Positions 24,125 to 37,582 of a stretch of DNA of 64,000 bases are shown one piece after another. The position numbers and the translations under genes were made by a program. Every line of letters begins with the position of its first letter. The first letter of the stretch is position 1. The notes beneath the pieces were generated by a model. The model worked only from the letters and a program-made list of their open reading frames with translations. It had not been told where the DNA came from and made no database searches. Source of the stretch: Eledone cirrhosa (taxonomy: Eukaryota); assembly GCA_964016885.1 (NCBI GenBank), contig OZ024746.1:46128001-46192000 (forward strand), read 5' to 3'.

Positions 24125-27100
24125 TGAGTTAATACTGGAGTAAGCTATCTGAAACAACTGTGGTAAAAATATCATTGCAATTTGCTACAATGGCAAAGCA
24201 GACAAAATAGGGTAAATATAGCAGATACAGAGTGATTCTTTAGAATAAATTTTGACTTGCACGAAAGCAAATTCTATATTTCTTGTGAAGCAACTGTAAA
24301 AGAAGTTATTAAGCTAATAACAAAAAAATCTACTTTGCTTGTTTTACTTTAGGAAAAGCCATTGACTTCAAATTCAGTAGTCTTGATGGTGCTGAGAAAA
24401 CTATGTATAAGTAAATAGCTTGTAAAAGCATTTCAATGTGCAAGGAAATGTTGAGCAATACAAGGACTGATAGTGAATTTGGTAGGGAATTTAGATTAAG
24501 TATTTCTGAAAGTCTGCCATTCAATTCTCACTTTTAATATCTCTCAGGTTTGTAGTGTTCCAAAACAATATACAGCTTGCTCCAGAAGGCTCGCCTGCCA
24601 AACATATTTTTATGTTGACTTCATAGTTCAATGGATAGTGGAAGAAAGAACATCCAGAAATAAAAAATACATTTCTTCACGAAAAAAAAAACGTCATATC
24701 CACAGAACATGGAAAATATATAAAGACTATAAAAAAATGTCTGCCTCAGACGTTTTCCAGTTATATGACTAGATCTAGATACTTCTCATTCACTACTGTC
24801 CTGTTTACATTGACTCTATAATAGAAAAATGTATGGTTTTCTGTAATTTGTCTTCTCAGTCATGATTATATCTGCTCTGTGTATGTTATTTAATATGTTT
24901 ATACAGTGACACCCTTCAGGATATCACCATAGAAATTCTCTGTAATTTCTAGTTATGGTTGAAATGTCCTTTTATCTTATCTGATAATACATTTATTACT
25001 AACTATATAGTTTTTTGTTCAGTCATATTATATTTGTATTCATTTTGTAACATCTTACTACATTAGTACACTAATTTATAGACAATATCCTCTACTTTAC
25101 ACATTCAGTTCTTGTTATCTTGCTGGATTCTATTTAATATGTATCTTAACAAGGTTTAAAGTTTCTTGTTCAGTTAAGATAAGAATTTTATATATTTATT
25201 TTCTGCTTTTTCCTCTTTCAGCTAAACTCATTTCACTGCTTGAAATATTTCCATTGCAACATCTTCCTATATTTTTGTCCATTCACATTTTTTTAAAAAT
25301 CTGATATCCTTTGTTATTTTATGCATTCTCCCATTCACTATTGATCATACTAGTGCATGTGTGAGCTTCTCTTCACTTTTTCCAGCCTGGCCTCCTAGTG
25401 CTCTTTCTAAGTGAAAATATGTTCCTTCCTTCTAGCAATGTTTTGTTATGTTTTTCTTATCTCTTTTTTATATTTGTAGTTCAGATGGTACAAGCCAGAC
25501 TCAGTTGTAATTGAATTAAACTTTTAAATGCCAAGCTATGCAGTAACTAGTTAGCATCAGAAAAATATTTATAATAATAGATTACAAACTACTGTAAAAT
25601 TCCATAAAATAGAAATAAAAATAAGAAAACATCTCTATTCTTAAGATTATGAATTAAGCTCCATTAACTCTCAACAAGGGAGTTGTAAACTTATTCTTGT
25701 TTTAGCAAGTTGTTCATATTGAACTTTGGTTTAACCTTTCATGTTCACAGCTGTTGGTAGGATTCATTACATCAGTTATACTAACTGCATATCCTGCTGT
25801 CAATGAATTAATCCTTCACTGTCCACAGCTGCAGGTTGCTCTCTAAGTAAATGCTATTAATAAATATTCTAATTTGAAATACTGCTGTCAATTTCTTAAA
25901 GTAAAAGTGTGTAGATGAAATGTATACAAGCAAAGAAATATGAATTATATAATTGCCTTTAAGTGGGTTTGCTTGTATGTTATTTTGTCTACAGAGCTTT
26001 TCTAAACTTGAAAAGTTTAACTTCTGGGAAATTCTTATGAAGATAAACATGAATTATATTTCATTTTTGTTAAGATTAGGAAACAATTACATATTGCTAA
26101 ATTTCCATTATTGCTATTTTACATATATTTTCCTAGACTAGATTAGACAGAAGTGATTATAGGAACAACTGTTTAATAACCATATTGCAGAGCTGTATGT
26201 AGGAAGCCAGATACATATATACAAACAGCTGCAACCCTTATTTTAGATAAGACAACAAGCAACAGCACATGTGAAATATATCCAAACCCAACACAAATCA
26301 AAATGAGAAAAAAAGACAGATAAGAGTAAACTAAAAACAAGGGAAAGGGTAGAGAATAGGGAAAACATGTTGTTGTTGACGATGATGATAAATATATATC
26401 ATTGTCATTTTATGTACACTTTCCATACTGGCATAGGTTAGACAGGTTGTTACAGTCTAAGGCTAGACAGGCTGGATGACCATGTCATGCTGATACATTC
26501 CAGCTTGGCATAGTTTCTATAGCCAGATGCCCTTTAGAGTATGTACTAAATACATTTTATTATGACACACAGAGTAGGATGGGTGCATTTTATTGTGACA
26601 CCAGCAGTAACACTTTACAGAATGGGCAAGGTATATCCTATAGCTGCACATTGTGATATTAAAATTAAGGCATGCCTTGTGTCCTCAACCAGTTAGGAAG
26701 ACTGAGTGATGGAAAAGGTAGTGAAGGGGAATGTAGCAAATACATGTTGAAAGTGGCAAGAACAGGAAAGAAGATATATATAGAGAGAAATAGAAAGACA
26801 GGGAGAGAGATAAATAGAAAAAAAGAGGGGGAGAGAGAGAGAACAGGTGCCGGGTTGTGGAGATGGCCTTAAAGAGATAAAATGATTGGTTATTCTGCAA
26901 GAAGTATGTGGGGGAGGAAGTGAGGAAAAGGGATGAAGTAGATCTTTATGATTGATGGATACATACATACAAAAGTGTGTGAGTGTGTGTGTGTGTGTCA
27001 TGTGTGTATCCCAGTTGCCACTAAACATCACATCAACAATATTTATAAAATAAAATAAAATAAAAGTGACAATGTTTAGGTGAACCATAAGCTTTACATC

Positions 27101-28327
27101 CTGCATGATAGCATTGACAAATGTCAGCGGTATATACTTGTATACCATACTTAGAATAATTTTTGGGTTGGCATCAAGAATACTATCTGATTATAGAAAA
27201 CCTGCCTGAAAAAATATTATCTCAACTCTTATATGCATGAAAAAAAGCAGACATAAAAATGACGATGATGATGGTGGTGGTTGTCGTGGTAGTTCTAATG
27301 GCCCAATTATAAAGTAGTCATGGAACTTGTCAGACAAATTTAATCATGCAGAATTATTTTCCGTCCCCAATAGCAAAACACAGATGTAGATACAGTCTTA
27401 CATGAGAAAGCTTAATGAGATATAGCTACTGTTTATTTAATTCTTGCTGAGACAAAGCAATGTGGAATTATTTATTAGATTATTATGAATCTTATGGCCC
27501 AACAAAATGTCTGGAATATTGTCATTCACAGATTTAATGTAAAATGGTTTTGGCATGTGGTTGGTATGAACTTTCAAATCAATAAGGAATTGCTATTTAA
27601 TTAATAATAATAATAGTAGTGATACAGTAAAAAAAAAATTAGTTACTATTTGATTAGGAAGATGATAGTGTAAAGTATTTTAAAGAAACAAATAACAAAT
27701 AACAAAGGTATAAACATTAGATAGAGTATTAAAAACATCTCTTAGAAACAATATATTAACTCAGAGAGACTCTAAAGTGTCTGAGTATATAGCATGAAAT
27801 AACAACTGATATTACTGGAATCAAATAAACTATGTGTTCCTAAATACATAAAGAGATGACAGGCAGACACATAGGACTAATTATATCTTTTATATGATAA
27901 TATGAAACTAGAATTCCAAAGCTGATTTATTTTCATAATATATCAAATATGCAATAATGGTAATATCTAAGAAAATAAAGAGATTATATGTAAATGATTT
28001 CTTAGGAAAACACTTTTGAAATAAATAGGAAATGCTGTCTCGACAAATGAACAAACTCACAAAATCATATATACATATATGTGCATGCATACACACACTT
28101 ATATGCATATGCATACATGTGCATTTATATGTACACAGACATACATTATATATATTTTTATATACATATATTGCAACTGGTACATTGTGTAAAGTGGGTG
28201 GTTAAGAAAAGTATCCAGCTATAGAAACCAAGTCAGCATGGAAAATGGATGTAAAATGATAATGATACTGATGAGCAAAAAGAAAATATGTTTTGTTTTT
28301 TTTATCAAAATAAAGTGTGTCAGATAT

Positions 28328-29120
28328 CATCATGATCATCATTACCATTTAATATCCATTTTCCCTGCTAGCATGGGTTAGATGGGTTATCCTGTTGTGA
28401 GAAAAGTCAGATCATATGATTTATACCTGAGAGGGTCATGGGAGCAGAGTCCTTAAACACACCTTCCAGCAGATCCTGTCAGTAGCAACTGTCTCCAACT
28501 GATCCAGCTGGATCCCCAAGCGAGACCAGCCAAGCTCATTGATGTTATCCAACCATCTTGCTCGGGCTTTACCCCTGAGTCTCCTGCAGATTGGTTTTGC
28601 CCATAAAATCTGTCCAGTGATTCTTTCCTGAGACATTTTAACTACATGCCCATAGTATTGGAGCTGTGATCTCTCAATTTAGAGAAGTAGCAGCTCTACC
28701 TTGAGTGACTCTCTGATCTCTGAGCTACTCAGTCTATCGAGTAACGTTACTCCAAAGACTTTTTGGCGGAATCTCATTTTGGTCGCTTGTATTTGCGATC
28801 GTATTCTTTCAGTCCTTACCATAGATTCATGACCCTAGGTAAAGACTGGCAATAATAACGAATTGAAGATAGTGAGTTTGGCTTTTATGCCTACACTGCT
28901 TCTTCTGATTACTGAATGCCCAAGGTGGCACATTACTCAACCAGCTCCTGCAATTTTTGCGCTTAATATAGCCTCCTGTCTTCCATCACTCATGAACACA
29001 GTTACTTGAACTTCTCTACCTGCTTCAGTGGAACTCTGTTTACATGCTTCCTTGAGAGGATGAGTGTCTCAGTTTTTGCAGCGCTGATTTTTATTCCAGC
29101 CATGCAGGCAGATAAATTGG
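28328..29120 (-). mobile_element. Decayed 3' part of a Rex3/Expander-like RTE LINE (family C)
   Basis: Minus-strand EQVEKFK, TDRIRSQIQATKMRFRQ, QLQYYGHV, RGKARARWLDNINELGWSRLGI. Ends in the shared cccatgctagcagggaaaatgga..ttaaa(tga)n-like tail. Confidence 0.8.
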
Positions 29121-29334
29121 AGATAGTTGCTTCTGACAGGACTAGCTAGAAGGCATGCTTAAGAGCTCTACTCCAACAACCCTCGAAGGAATAAGTAGGC
29201 AAAGAAGATGTAGAAGAAGAGCACAAAGAGCTTTATAATTGTTTTTCTGAAACACATATATGCTATCTTTTTGACTTACATTTCTAAACAAACTGCATTG
29301 TCACTAATGTGTTGTGCAAAAATCTAATATTTAC

Positions 29335-29431
29335 CTTTGTACTTTTTTTCCGGTGAACAAAGATTAAATCATCGTTGTGTAGTACAATCTTATTTGGGCC
29401 TTTCTCAACTTGCCTCTGCAGGAAATAACGC
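29335..29431 (-). CDS. Receptor guanylyl cyclase (retinal-GC-like), juxtamembrane exon
   Basis: ttttatcAG acceptor and GTaaat donor. 97 nt encoding (R)RYFLQRQVEKGPNKIVLHNDDLIFVHRKKSTK, resembling the recalled GUCY2D juxtamembrane segment GPNKIILTVDDITFLH. Phase fits the upstream exon. Confidence 0.82.
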
Positions 29432-30570
29432 CTGATAAAAAATCCAAAAGACAGACATATACTTGGGGATATACAAAAGAAGACAAATGAAAAATTCTAG
29501 TTAAGATATTAAAAAGTGAAAGGTATGAATATAAATGTAGTTTAAACTTATACTATATATTAATAATGGATGTAATGTTCTGGGAGAACAAGTTTCACTG
29601 GGTTATCCACCCCAACTCATTCGGCCTGTTATAAAAACAAAGTTGGCCTCCGATGGTTAAAGATTATGGTTTGAAGATTATTCTAGAGCTTTTCAAAGGC
29701 AGGTAATTTCGAAAATAGTTTTAAATAACTATAAATAACCAAAATTATTAATTAGGTTGAAGGATGGTAACTCTTCCAAAACTAATATCAAGAGTAAGGA
29801 AAGTTATATTAAGTTGACTCAAAGAATCCTAATTCCTTGACATATAAAATAGTTATTAATTCAAAGAAAATATATTCTTTGATGTTAGAATTAGTTTGTC
29901 AGGTTTATACCATTTACTCAGAATGTATTTTTCATTTCAGGCGGATAGCGGCTAAAGCAGTCAAGGCATTCATTTAAGCTACATGAAACAAAATATATTC
30001 TGAGTATATATTCAGGTATAGAGTCACTAAATGCTAGTTGTATATGGCTGAAAAAGTTCACATTTCAATGTTGGAATTCATTATATTTTTTTTATATTTT
30101 TCACTGTTTGGAAATATTATTATTGTACAAAGCAGCTCTTTTCCCACGGGTCTGAGTTAAGCATTAGAATTTTAAGTTCTAACTAAAAGATGTAGTATGA
30201 ATATTAAAATCCAAACCTATGTTGAAAAGACAAAATGAAATAATGGGAACAAAAAGAGAAAGGCATTTTGTTACAAAAATATATTTTATATAATAATTTA
30301 CTTATTATGACTAATTGGCAATGATTAGATGTTATGCTATCATTTACTGTTTAGTTTTCTTACTCATCAGAAATTTCAACCTCACAGGTTTTTTAACTAA
30401 ATAGATTACCATGAAATTACACAGTCTTCAGTCCCACCAGGGCCTGGAAAATAGATGTAAAATAACATACATACACATATACAGATAGATATTGATTAAA
30501 TATATATATATATGGGGCTATAAGTGTGTGTATGTGTGTATACTTATGTAATATGTATATCAGTACTTAC

Positions 30571-30655
30571 CGAATCACTACATAGAGCAAACATATAAGT
30601 GAAACCACACCAATCAGAGAAGTGGATATCAATGATATCAGAAGCGGACTTATAT
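30571..30655 (-). CDS. Receptor guanylyl cyclase, transmembrane exon
   Basis: ttattattccAG acceptor and GTaagt donor. 85 nt encoding ISPLLISLISTSLIGVVSLICLLYVVI(R), a hydrophobic helix. Ends in phase 2 (cg), completed by the first g of the next exon. Confidence 0.82.
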
Positions 30656-31821
30656 CTGGAATAATAAAAATGATTTACATAAATAAATAAATTTCAGAAA
30701 TGTCAAAAAACTGCACATCTTCAGTTTACATAATAAAACACAACCTAAAAGAAAAGAAAAAAAAACACAAAGAAACATATCCATAAAGAATAAGGATTAC
30801 TTGACACATCAGAAATGGCATTTTTGTATCATTAACTCATAAAAAGAACAAAAATAAATCTGCTTGACAATTCTTCTTCCTGTATATATCCTTGAAACAT
30901 GGTTCAAACTTCAATTTTACTAACACTCAAACCACTTCTTTCTTCTACTTACAGTCAGTTTACCTTAAATCACAGCCTATAACTATCTTAAAACTGGAAA
31001 GATACATTAAACAACGTAGTCCTAGATATTAAAAGGACAAGATAGTATTATAAGGACTGGAATGCCTTTAATGAAAGATGACCTGGGGCTAAACAACAAC
31101 AACAACAATACAAACCAATAACATTATTCTTTTCTACACATTTCTATTCCTCTATTTCTAATTAATATTTGTTGTCCCCCAGGACACACTTTAAGTTAAT
31201 ACATTTGAGATCAACCTGTCCAAAATAAGTGTTTGTATTTAAATTAAAACATTCCAAAGTAATTTGATATGAGAAAATTGTATTATGGTTTGTTACAAAT
31301 ACTATCTTAATGAAATAATTAGCTATTTTAGTATATCCCTCCATATTCTCAATTAATTAATTGACACCCTGTATTTCATTTTAAATGTTGTCATGAAAGA
31401 ATTATACTTGTTCCAAACCCCATTGTCTCTGCTTATGTAGAATCAACTGTCTCTCCCCTAAACGTTGGCAACAAAGACTTCCAGTTACTATAAGAGGGTC
31501 AGCAGAAAAGCTGACTATGAAGGATTGATGCTAGAGTTGTGAAATCTTGCATACATTAATTTAAACTCTTCTAATTAATAACAGCCCTTGTTTCTTTCTC
31601 GGGACTACGTTGAAAAATAAGCCTCATTTAGTCATTCCAAGAAAGTGTCTTTGTCAGCCTATGAACTTTTCAGCTGACCCTTGTAATTCAAAGTCTGTTT
31701 TACACAAGTCTGTCAGTCCCCAAATGCCAAACACCAGCAATGGTTTGACCATCTTAAGGACATTTATTTCACTTTACCTCTTCCTGAAGTAGGGCCAGAT
31801 TAAGTCCTTTTGAGGCCTTAA

Positions 31822-32225
31822 CCCTTTAGCATTTAAACTGGCCATAATTTTCTTGCCTCTTTCTGTTCTAACTGGCTGTAACTGGCCACTTATACTGATG
31901 GTAAGGTCTTGTTCACAAAATAAATAACATCAAAACCTCATAGATTTGATATTATGTGAGACAAAGCCTTTATCATGAAAATACAATAGTATATATAGAA
32001 TAATTGTTTCTACTTTTGGCACAAGGCCAGGAATTATTTCAGTGTATTACTGGTACTTTATTTTATCGACCCCGTAAGGATGAAAGGCAGTGTTAACCTC
32101 GACGGGATTTGAACTCAAACCATAAAGGGCCGTAACTCTTTGCTGCAAAGCATGGCGTCCAACCCTCTACCGATACTGCCAATCCACCGCCCTAGTATAT
32201 ATAGAATAATGTAAATGCTAAAGGG
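31822..32225. mobile_element. piggyBac-like TTAA MITE interrupted by a SINE
   Basis: TTAA-ccctttagcattta ... taaatgctaaaggg-TTAA. Confidence 0.85.
32005..32192 (-). mobile_element. Full-length tRNA-derived SINE with 18-bp TSD
   Basis: TSD tagtatatatagaataat at 31987-32004 and 32193-32210. Confidence 0.92.
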
Positions 32226-32507
32226 TTAAGCATTTAAAAGATCAAGGTGGCCCTCAGGTATAAAATCTGTAAAAAAAATGTTCTATCAACAAATGCATTT
32301 AACCTGAATAAAATGGTGCCCCTCTTCCCTTGAAACACTAAACATGTGCTAATTTTGTTTTAATAGTTAATCCAGCCCTGATCTTAAGTCCTTATCATCA
32401 GACCTTCACCTTACACCACTCTCCTTTGTTCTTGACCCTTGCAACATTGGTATTGAGACATAATTATTTGATGACCTTATCTAATTGTATTAATTAGTAC
32501 CCTCACC

Positions 32508-32655
32508 ATGCTTTCCAGCATAGTTACGTCCCTTTACGATCTGAGTTCAAATACCACCGAGGTTGACTTTGCCTTTCATCCTTACGGGGTCGATAAAATA
32601 AAGTACCAGTAATGCACTGGGTAATTGCTGGCCTTGTGCCTAAAGTAGAAACAAT
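32508..32655 (+). mobile_element. 5'-truncated tRNA-SINE copy
   Basis: Same family in forward orientation. attaattagtaccctcacc is duplicated on both sides. Confidence 0.9.
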
Positions 32656-34228
32656 TAATTAGTACCCTCACCTACCGACAGCCCTAACCAAAAATAACTT
32701 TCTATACATTCTTCATCTCTTTCTCACCCCAACTCAGTTGTCATTATCTAAGTTGCCATTGTTCTAATTTTCCTACCATCTAACATCACCTGTTTCAAGA
32801 ATTCTGATACATCCTTGCTATGTGAGAACAAGTAATGCAACACAGGTGGAAATATTTTAAGCAATCAATATTGAGTGAGCAGTTTAGATGAAAGTAATGC
32901 CAATGATGGTAATACAATCTTTATGTATAAAACAAAGGGAATAAAGATGATGACAGCAATAAGTCAAATGGTGTTTATAGCAATGATGATGATGATGATG
33001 ATGATTATATTGGTTACAATACTGAGTGTGGTAACTGTGGCAATGAAGAAACAGGTGAACTTGTTTAAGGATAATGATAATTAAATCTATGATAAAGATA
33101 TCAATAATGACAATTGTGGAAATAAAAATTGAACTCTAATAAAAAATATAATACTCATTCTGATAAAAAAGATCATAATGATTAATATGAAAATAAAATA
33201 GTGTGAAAATAAAATATATCGAAGTACATGGGATTAGTAATGGTGGGTGGTGGTGGTGGTGGAGATGATGTTAATTATTACTATGTTATATAATATAATG
33301 ATAACGTATGTAAATTGAGAGAAATATCTCTACATAATTTCAAATTATGAAATTGTGTTATACACATCAATTCTCTGTGACAAGGAATTAGCATGGCATG
33401 TCCTAATTGATTTTTCATCTAATTAAATTCATAGTTTCCTTATTAGTTTCATGCAACTAGTTACATCCCATACCTTATATAATGAAGATACCATTATGAT
33501 TGTTAAAGGGAATTACCATACAGCATCAAAATTGATAATTGTAATTTCTTCAGAATTATCAGGTTTTAACTCTTTTGGTACAAAACCACAAAAAACCACA
33601 TGTGTTTATGATACAAAACATCTATGTTCCAAATATCAGTTTCATAAAAAAAATTAGGTTATTTTATTCTCCATATGTTTTCAAAATCAATTGAAATTCA
33701 AAGACAGTATATTTCATTAGAAATACTAGCAGAAGAACCGCTCATCGGTCGGTTTCTGCTAGCATATATAGTGTGTATATTGATATACGCAAATATATAT
33801 GCACATAGATATAATACGTAAATTGACAATATGCACATAAACTAAACAAAGACTGTGTTACACTTACTTCTGTAATCAGTAAAGTAATCCATGATACATT
33901 TTTAAAAAAAGGCGATAATGGAGATGGAAAAACGATGAAACTGTTGACGGAAAATATTCATGAATCTTCACTTGAGAATGTCGATGGGAAGCTTCAAGCA
34001 GTGAATTTGAAAATAGATGTTGGTATGAATGAATGAATTACATTTACCAATATGAAGAGTTGACGTTCGCTATATTGTTGTTTTACTGTATTCACATATA
34101 GACTTCTTAAGTTTTTATAGTGTCCCTTTTCTAGCAAATAAAAAGAAACTGAAATGCATTTCAACTAAAAGAGAGTGGTAGCTGTTTCACATCACTGTAG
34201 AATTTCATTGTCAGAAAACAGACCCCTT

Positions 34229-36975
34229 TCATTTAATATTTTTATATTTTCTTTTTTTTGTAACTCGTGATAATGCAACATACATCTGACCATGTGAGAA
34301 GAATTGTGTTGGTAGATATACACCTATCTTTTCAAATGTCTGCCCTTGTGTCTTGTTGCATGTAAGGGCAAAGGCTGATTTGACAGGAAATTGATTGTGA
34401 GTAAAGGTGAAAGGAAACTCAAGCTCTTGAGATACATGTGTTATCCTTGGGATTAGCAACCTTGTTCCAGCATTGGTACCCAATGCCACTTCAGCTTCAA
34501 TTACATGATTATGTAAACTGATGATGATGTAGCGTGTACCATTGCAATGCCCGTTTACAGGATCCAGATTTCCGAGAAGCATGATGCAACTGCCTTTCTT
34601 CAGTTTAAGTATGTGTGTTGGGAAGCCAGATGTGGTAAGTTTGTTGATGAACTCAATTTGATATTGGAGTTCATTATCTGCTGTATCAGAGCTTCTGTAG
34701 ATTATTTCATGACCAGGGAACTTGTTGACCATGAACTCATTCACCAATCTTGCTGCATCTTCCTGGAAGATTTGTATACACAAAATCACCCGGTCCAGAC
34801 ACATTACCATATTCCAGACAAAGTTCATTTGGCAGAAGAATTGTGAATGCACCTACAATTCGAACAGTTGGAATGTTACCATTTCCCACATCAAGAAGAT
34901 AGTTTGCAAACTGTCTTTCATCAGAATTAATTAACCGTTGATTGGTTGTCATCTCCATGGTTTCCACATAGTCCCATCTCTTGATGGTTGTCTCAACTAT
35001 TTGTGGTCTAGCACCATGATGTACAACTGGAAGAATTTGCTTCCAGTCACCAGATAGTAATACTGTTAGACCACCAAATGGCTTTTTGCAATCTCGAACA
35101 TCTTTGAAGCTCCTGTCAAGGCATTCAAAGATATGCTTATGTCTCATACCTATCTCATCAATGATTAGCAGGTCAGCTTGCTGCATAAGTTTACCTGTGT
35201 CATCCCTCTTTGTGAAGAAGCAAGTTGATTCAGCAGTCACATTGAGAGGAATCTTGTACTTGGAATGAAGAGTTCTACCTTTGTGAAGCAAAGTGGCTGC
35301 TATTCCAGATATGGCAGTGGCAAGTGCAATTTTGTTTTTAGATCAGAGGTAATCCAATAGGATGTTTATGACATAGGTCTTTCCTGTACTTGCACTTGCA
35401 TCCAAGCAGAAAATTCTGCCTTCATTTTCATTTACAGAGGTGATTACTTTGTGAAAAATAACCAGTTGCTCAGGATTCAATGTTGGCAGAAGTTCATTTA
35501 TGTTTGACTGCAGTTGGTGTGTATTGAAATCAGTTTCTGCCATAAGAACCCTGTTGAATTCTGGTATGGCAACAATAGTTGGGTCTGGCCGAGGAAGTCC
35601 ATAGTTAGCATGAATGTCCAAGCCATCATGTTGAAGGCTTTGGTGGATCTTCTGTAGAACAATCTGCACGGTTTGCATGGACATGACTTGCTCATGACGT
35701 TCATGCATGATATCCTCTGCAAGACAATTTTTCCATTTCTCCCAGAACTGCAGAGGGTCATTTAGCATGCTGTACAATAAAATGGTGCAGAAGATCTCTC
35801 GCAGCTGAGGACCAAGCGTAATGGATGAGGCCTCTTCCATAGCTTTGTCTTTTTCTCCATCTTCATCTAACAGACCAAGTATCCTGCATGCTTCTTGGAA
35901 TGTTGGAAATTCAACTCCTTCAATTGTCCTCAAATCTTTGTATGAAGTTGCCCTAGCCTGGTGATGTAGGTTCATCCTGAGGTAATATAATTCAGATTGA
36001 TGTCTACTGGGAGATACTGTTGGAATGCGTACAAGAGATTCACTCATAAATTGTTGATCACCATCCAGATGTCCCTTTTTTCTTCTTTGCCACTTTTTGT
36101 TTGTCCAAGTGAAATATTTAGGAATATCAATATACAATATGTTTTGTGCCAGTGGGTCTCTAATATTCAGTTGAAAATATTCCGTCAACTTAGTCATTGG
36201 CTGTCCCCTAGAAACAATACTTTCTTCCTGCCCTTGCTCATACACGACCATTTATTCCCCAGGTAAATTGCAAGGCACCTTTTCAACTGGCGGTTTTTGA
36301 TGATGTAATGGAAATTTATAGATTCTCCAGAATGCTTCACTGGCCGAGATATACCATGCATTGATATAGGTCTCAATCTCATTTTGGGCATGGTTACAAT
36401 TTCCTTGATCATCCTTAATAGTGAAAGTGATCTTGTCTGATCCTTTTGTGATGTACTTATATAAGTACTTAACAGCCTTGACACTGGACAACCTCACAAT
36501 TGATGTGGCACTGATATCTCAATGAGAGGAAAGGGTTGTATTGAACAATCCAACGATTATCAACAGTAAATTCTTGACCTTTAAGTTGGATTGTATGGGT
36601 GTGACCACCATGCTGTCTATCCCTTCTTCTATACTCCGGAAAAGAATTTTCAGCAACAAATGTGGTTTGTCTCGATGCCTTGGGATAACTTTTTGAGCAA
36701 TGGCATTGTTGTCCTAGCCCTTCCATACATGAGCACATCATATTAGCTTGTCCACATGGGCCATGAATGTTGCAGGATGTGATGATCTTATGCAGAATTG
36801 GATTGGTCTCTTTATCAGAAATCTCACAGTACACTACCTGATCAATGCCATCAGCAGTTTTGGGCTTGCTATCTTCAGCCATTATCAGCAGAATATGAGC
36901 ATGAGTGAGGCCTCATTTTTTGCCACTCTATTGTAGCAGAATGAGCCAGAACTTTTCCTAGGACATTTTTTTTCA
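34229..36975 (-). pseudogene. Helitron Rep/PIF1-family helicase, frameshifted and 5'-truncated
   Basis: HUH motif IEWQK(*)GLTHAHILL; HGPCG; NRWIVQYNPFL; KYLYKYITKG; YYLR; Walker A-like ASASTGKT; IIDEIG; GDWKQILPV; CNGTR; FALTCNKTQGQT; FSHGQMYVALSR. Confidence 0.95.
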
Positions 36976-37102
36976 GTATGTCTGTGTGTTAGATGTATAA
37001 TTGCATTTCAAGAATTATGAGGAATTTGCAATTTTGTTCATCCGGGGAGGATTAATAATAGCTTCACTAACCACGGAAGATTTGTATGTGTGTCGGTATG
37101 TA

Positions 37103-37150
<48 letters not shown>

Positions 37151-37153
<3 letters not shown>

Positions 37154-37582
37154 GCGCATGTGCAGTACGGACCAGCCTTCGTGCATGTGCCCTTTGGACC
37201 AGCTTTCGCGCATGCGTACTTCTCACCAGACTTCGCGCATGCGCATACGAACCAGCCCTCGCGCATGGGCACTTCGGAACAGCATTCGCGCGTGCGCAGT
37301 ACTGACCAGCCTTCGCGCATGTGCACTACGGACCAGCCTTCGCGCACGCGCTGTACGGACAGCCTTCGCGCATGCGCACTTGTGACCAGACGTTGTGCAT
37401 GCGCAGTACGGACCAGTCTTCGCGCATGCGCAGTGCCAACCAGTCTTCGCGCATGTGCAGTACGGACCAGCCTTCGCGCATGCGCACTTCGGACGAGTCT
37501 TCGCATATGCGCACTTCGGCCCAGACTTCGCGCATGCGCACTTCGGACCAGCTTTCGCGCATGCGCACTTCAAACCAGACTT
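37151..37582. repeat. 27-bp CpG-rich minisatellite, about 16 units
   Basis: Unit approximately ttcgcgcatgcgcacttcggaccagcc, period 27 (37151, 37178, 37205, ...). Confidence 0.95.

Larger units (their letters stand above)
31790..32380. mobile_element. hAT-like MITE hosting nested insertions
   Basis: Termini tagggccagattaa ... ttaatccagccctg are imperfect inverted repeats. TSD not clean. Confidence 0.5.
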
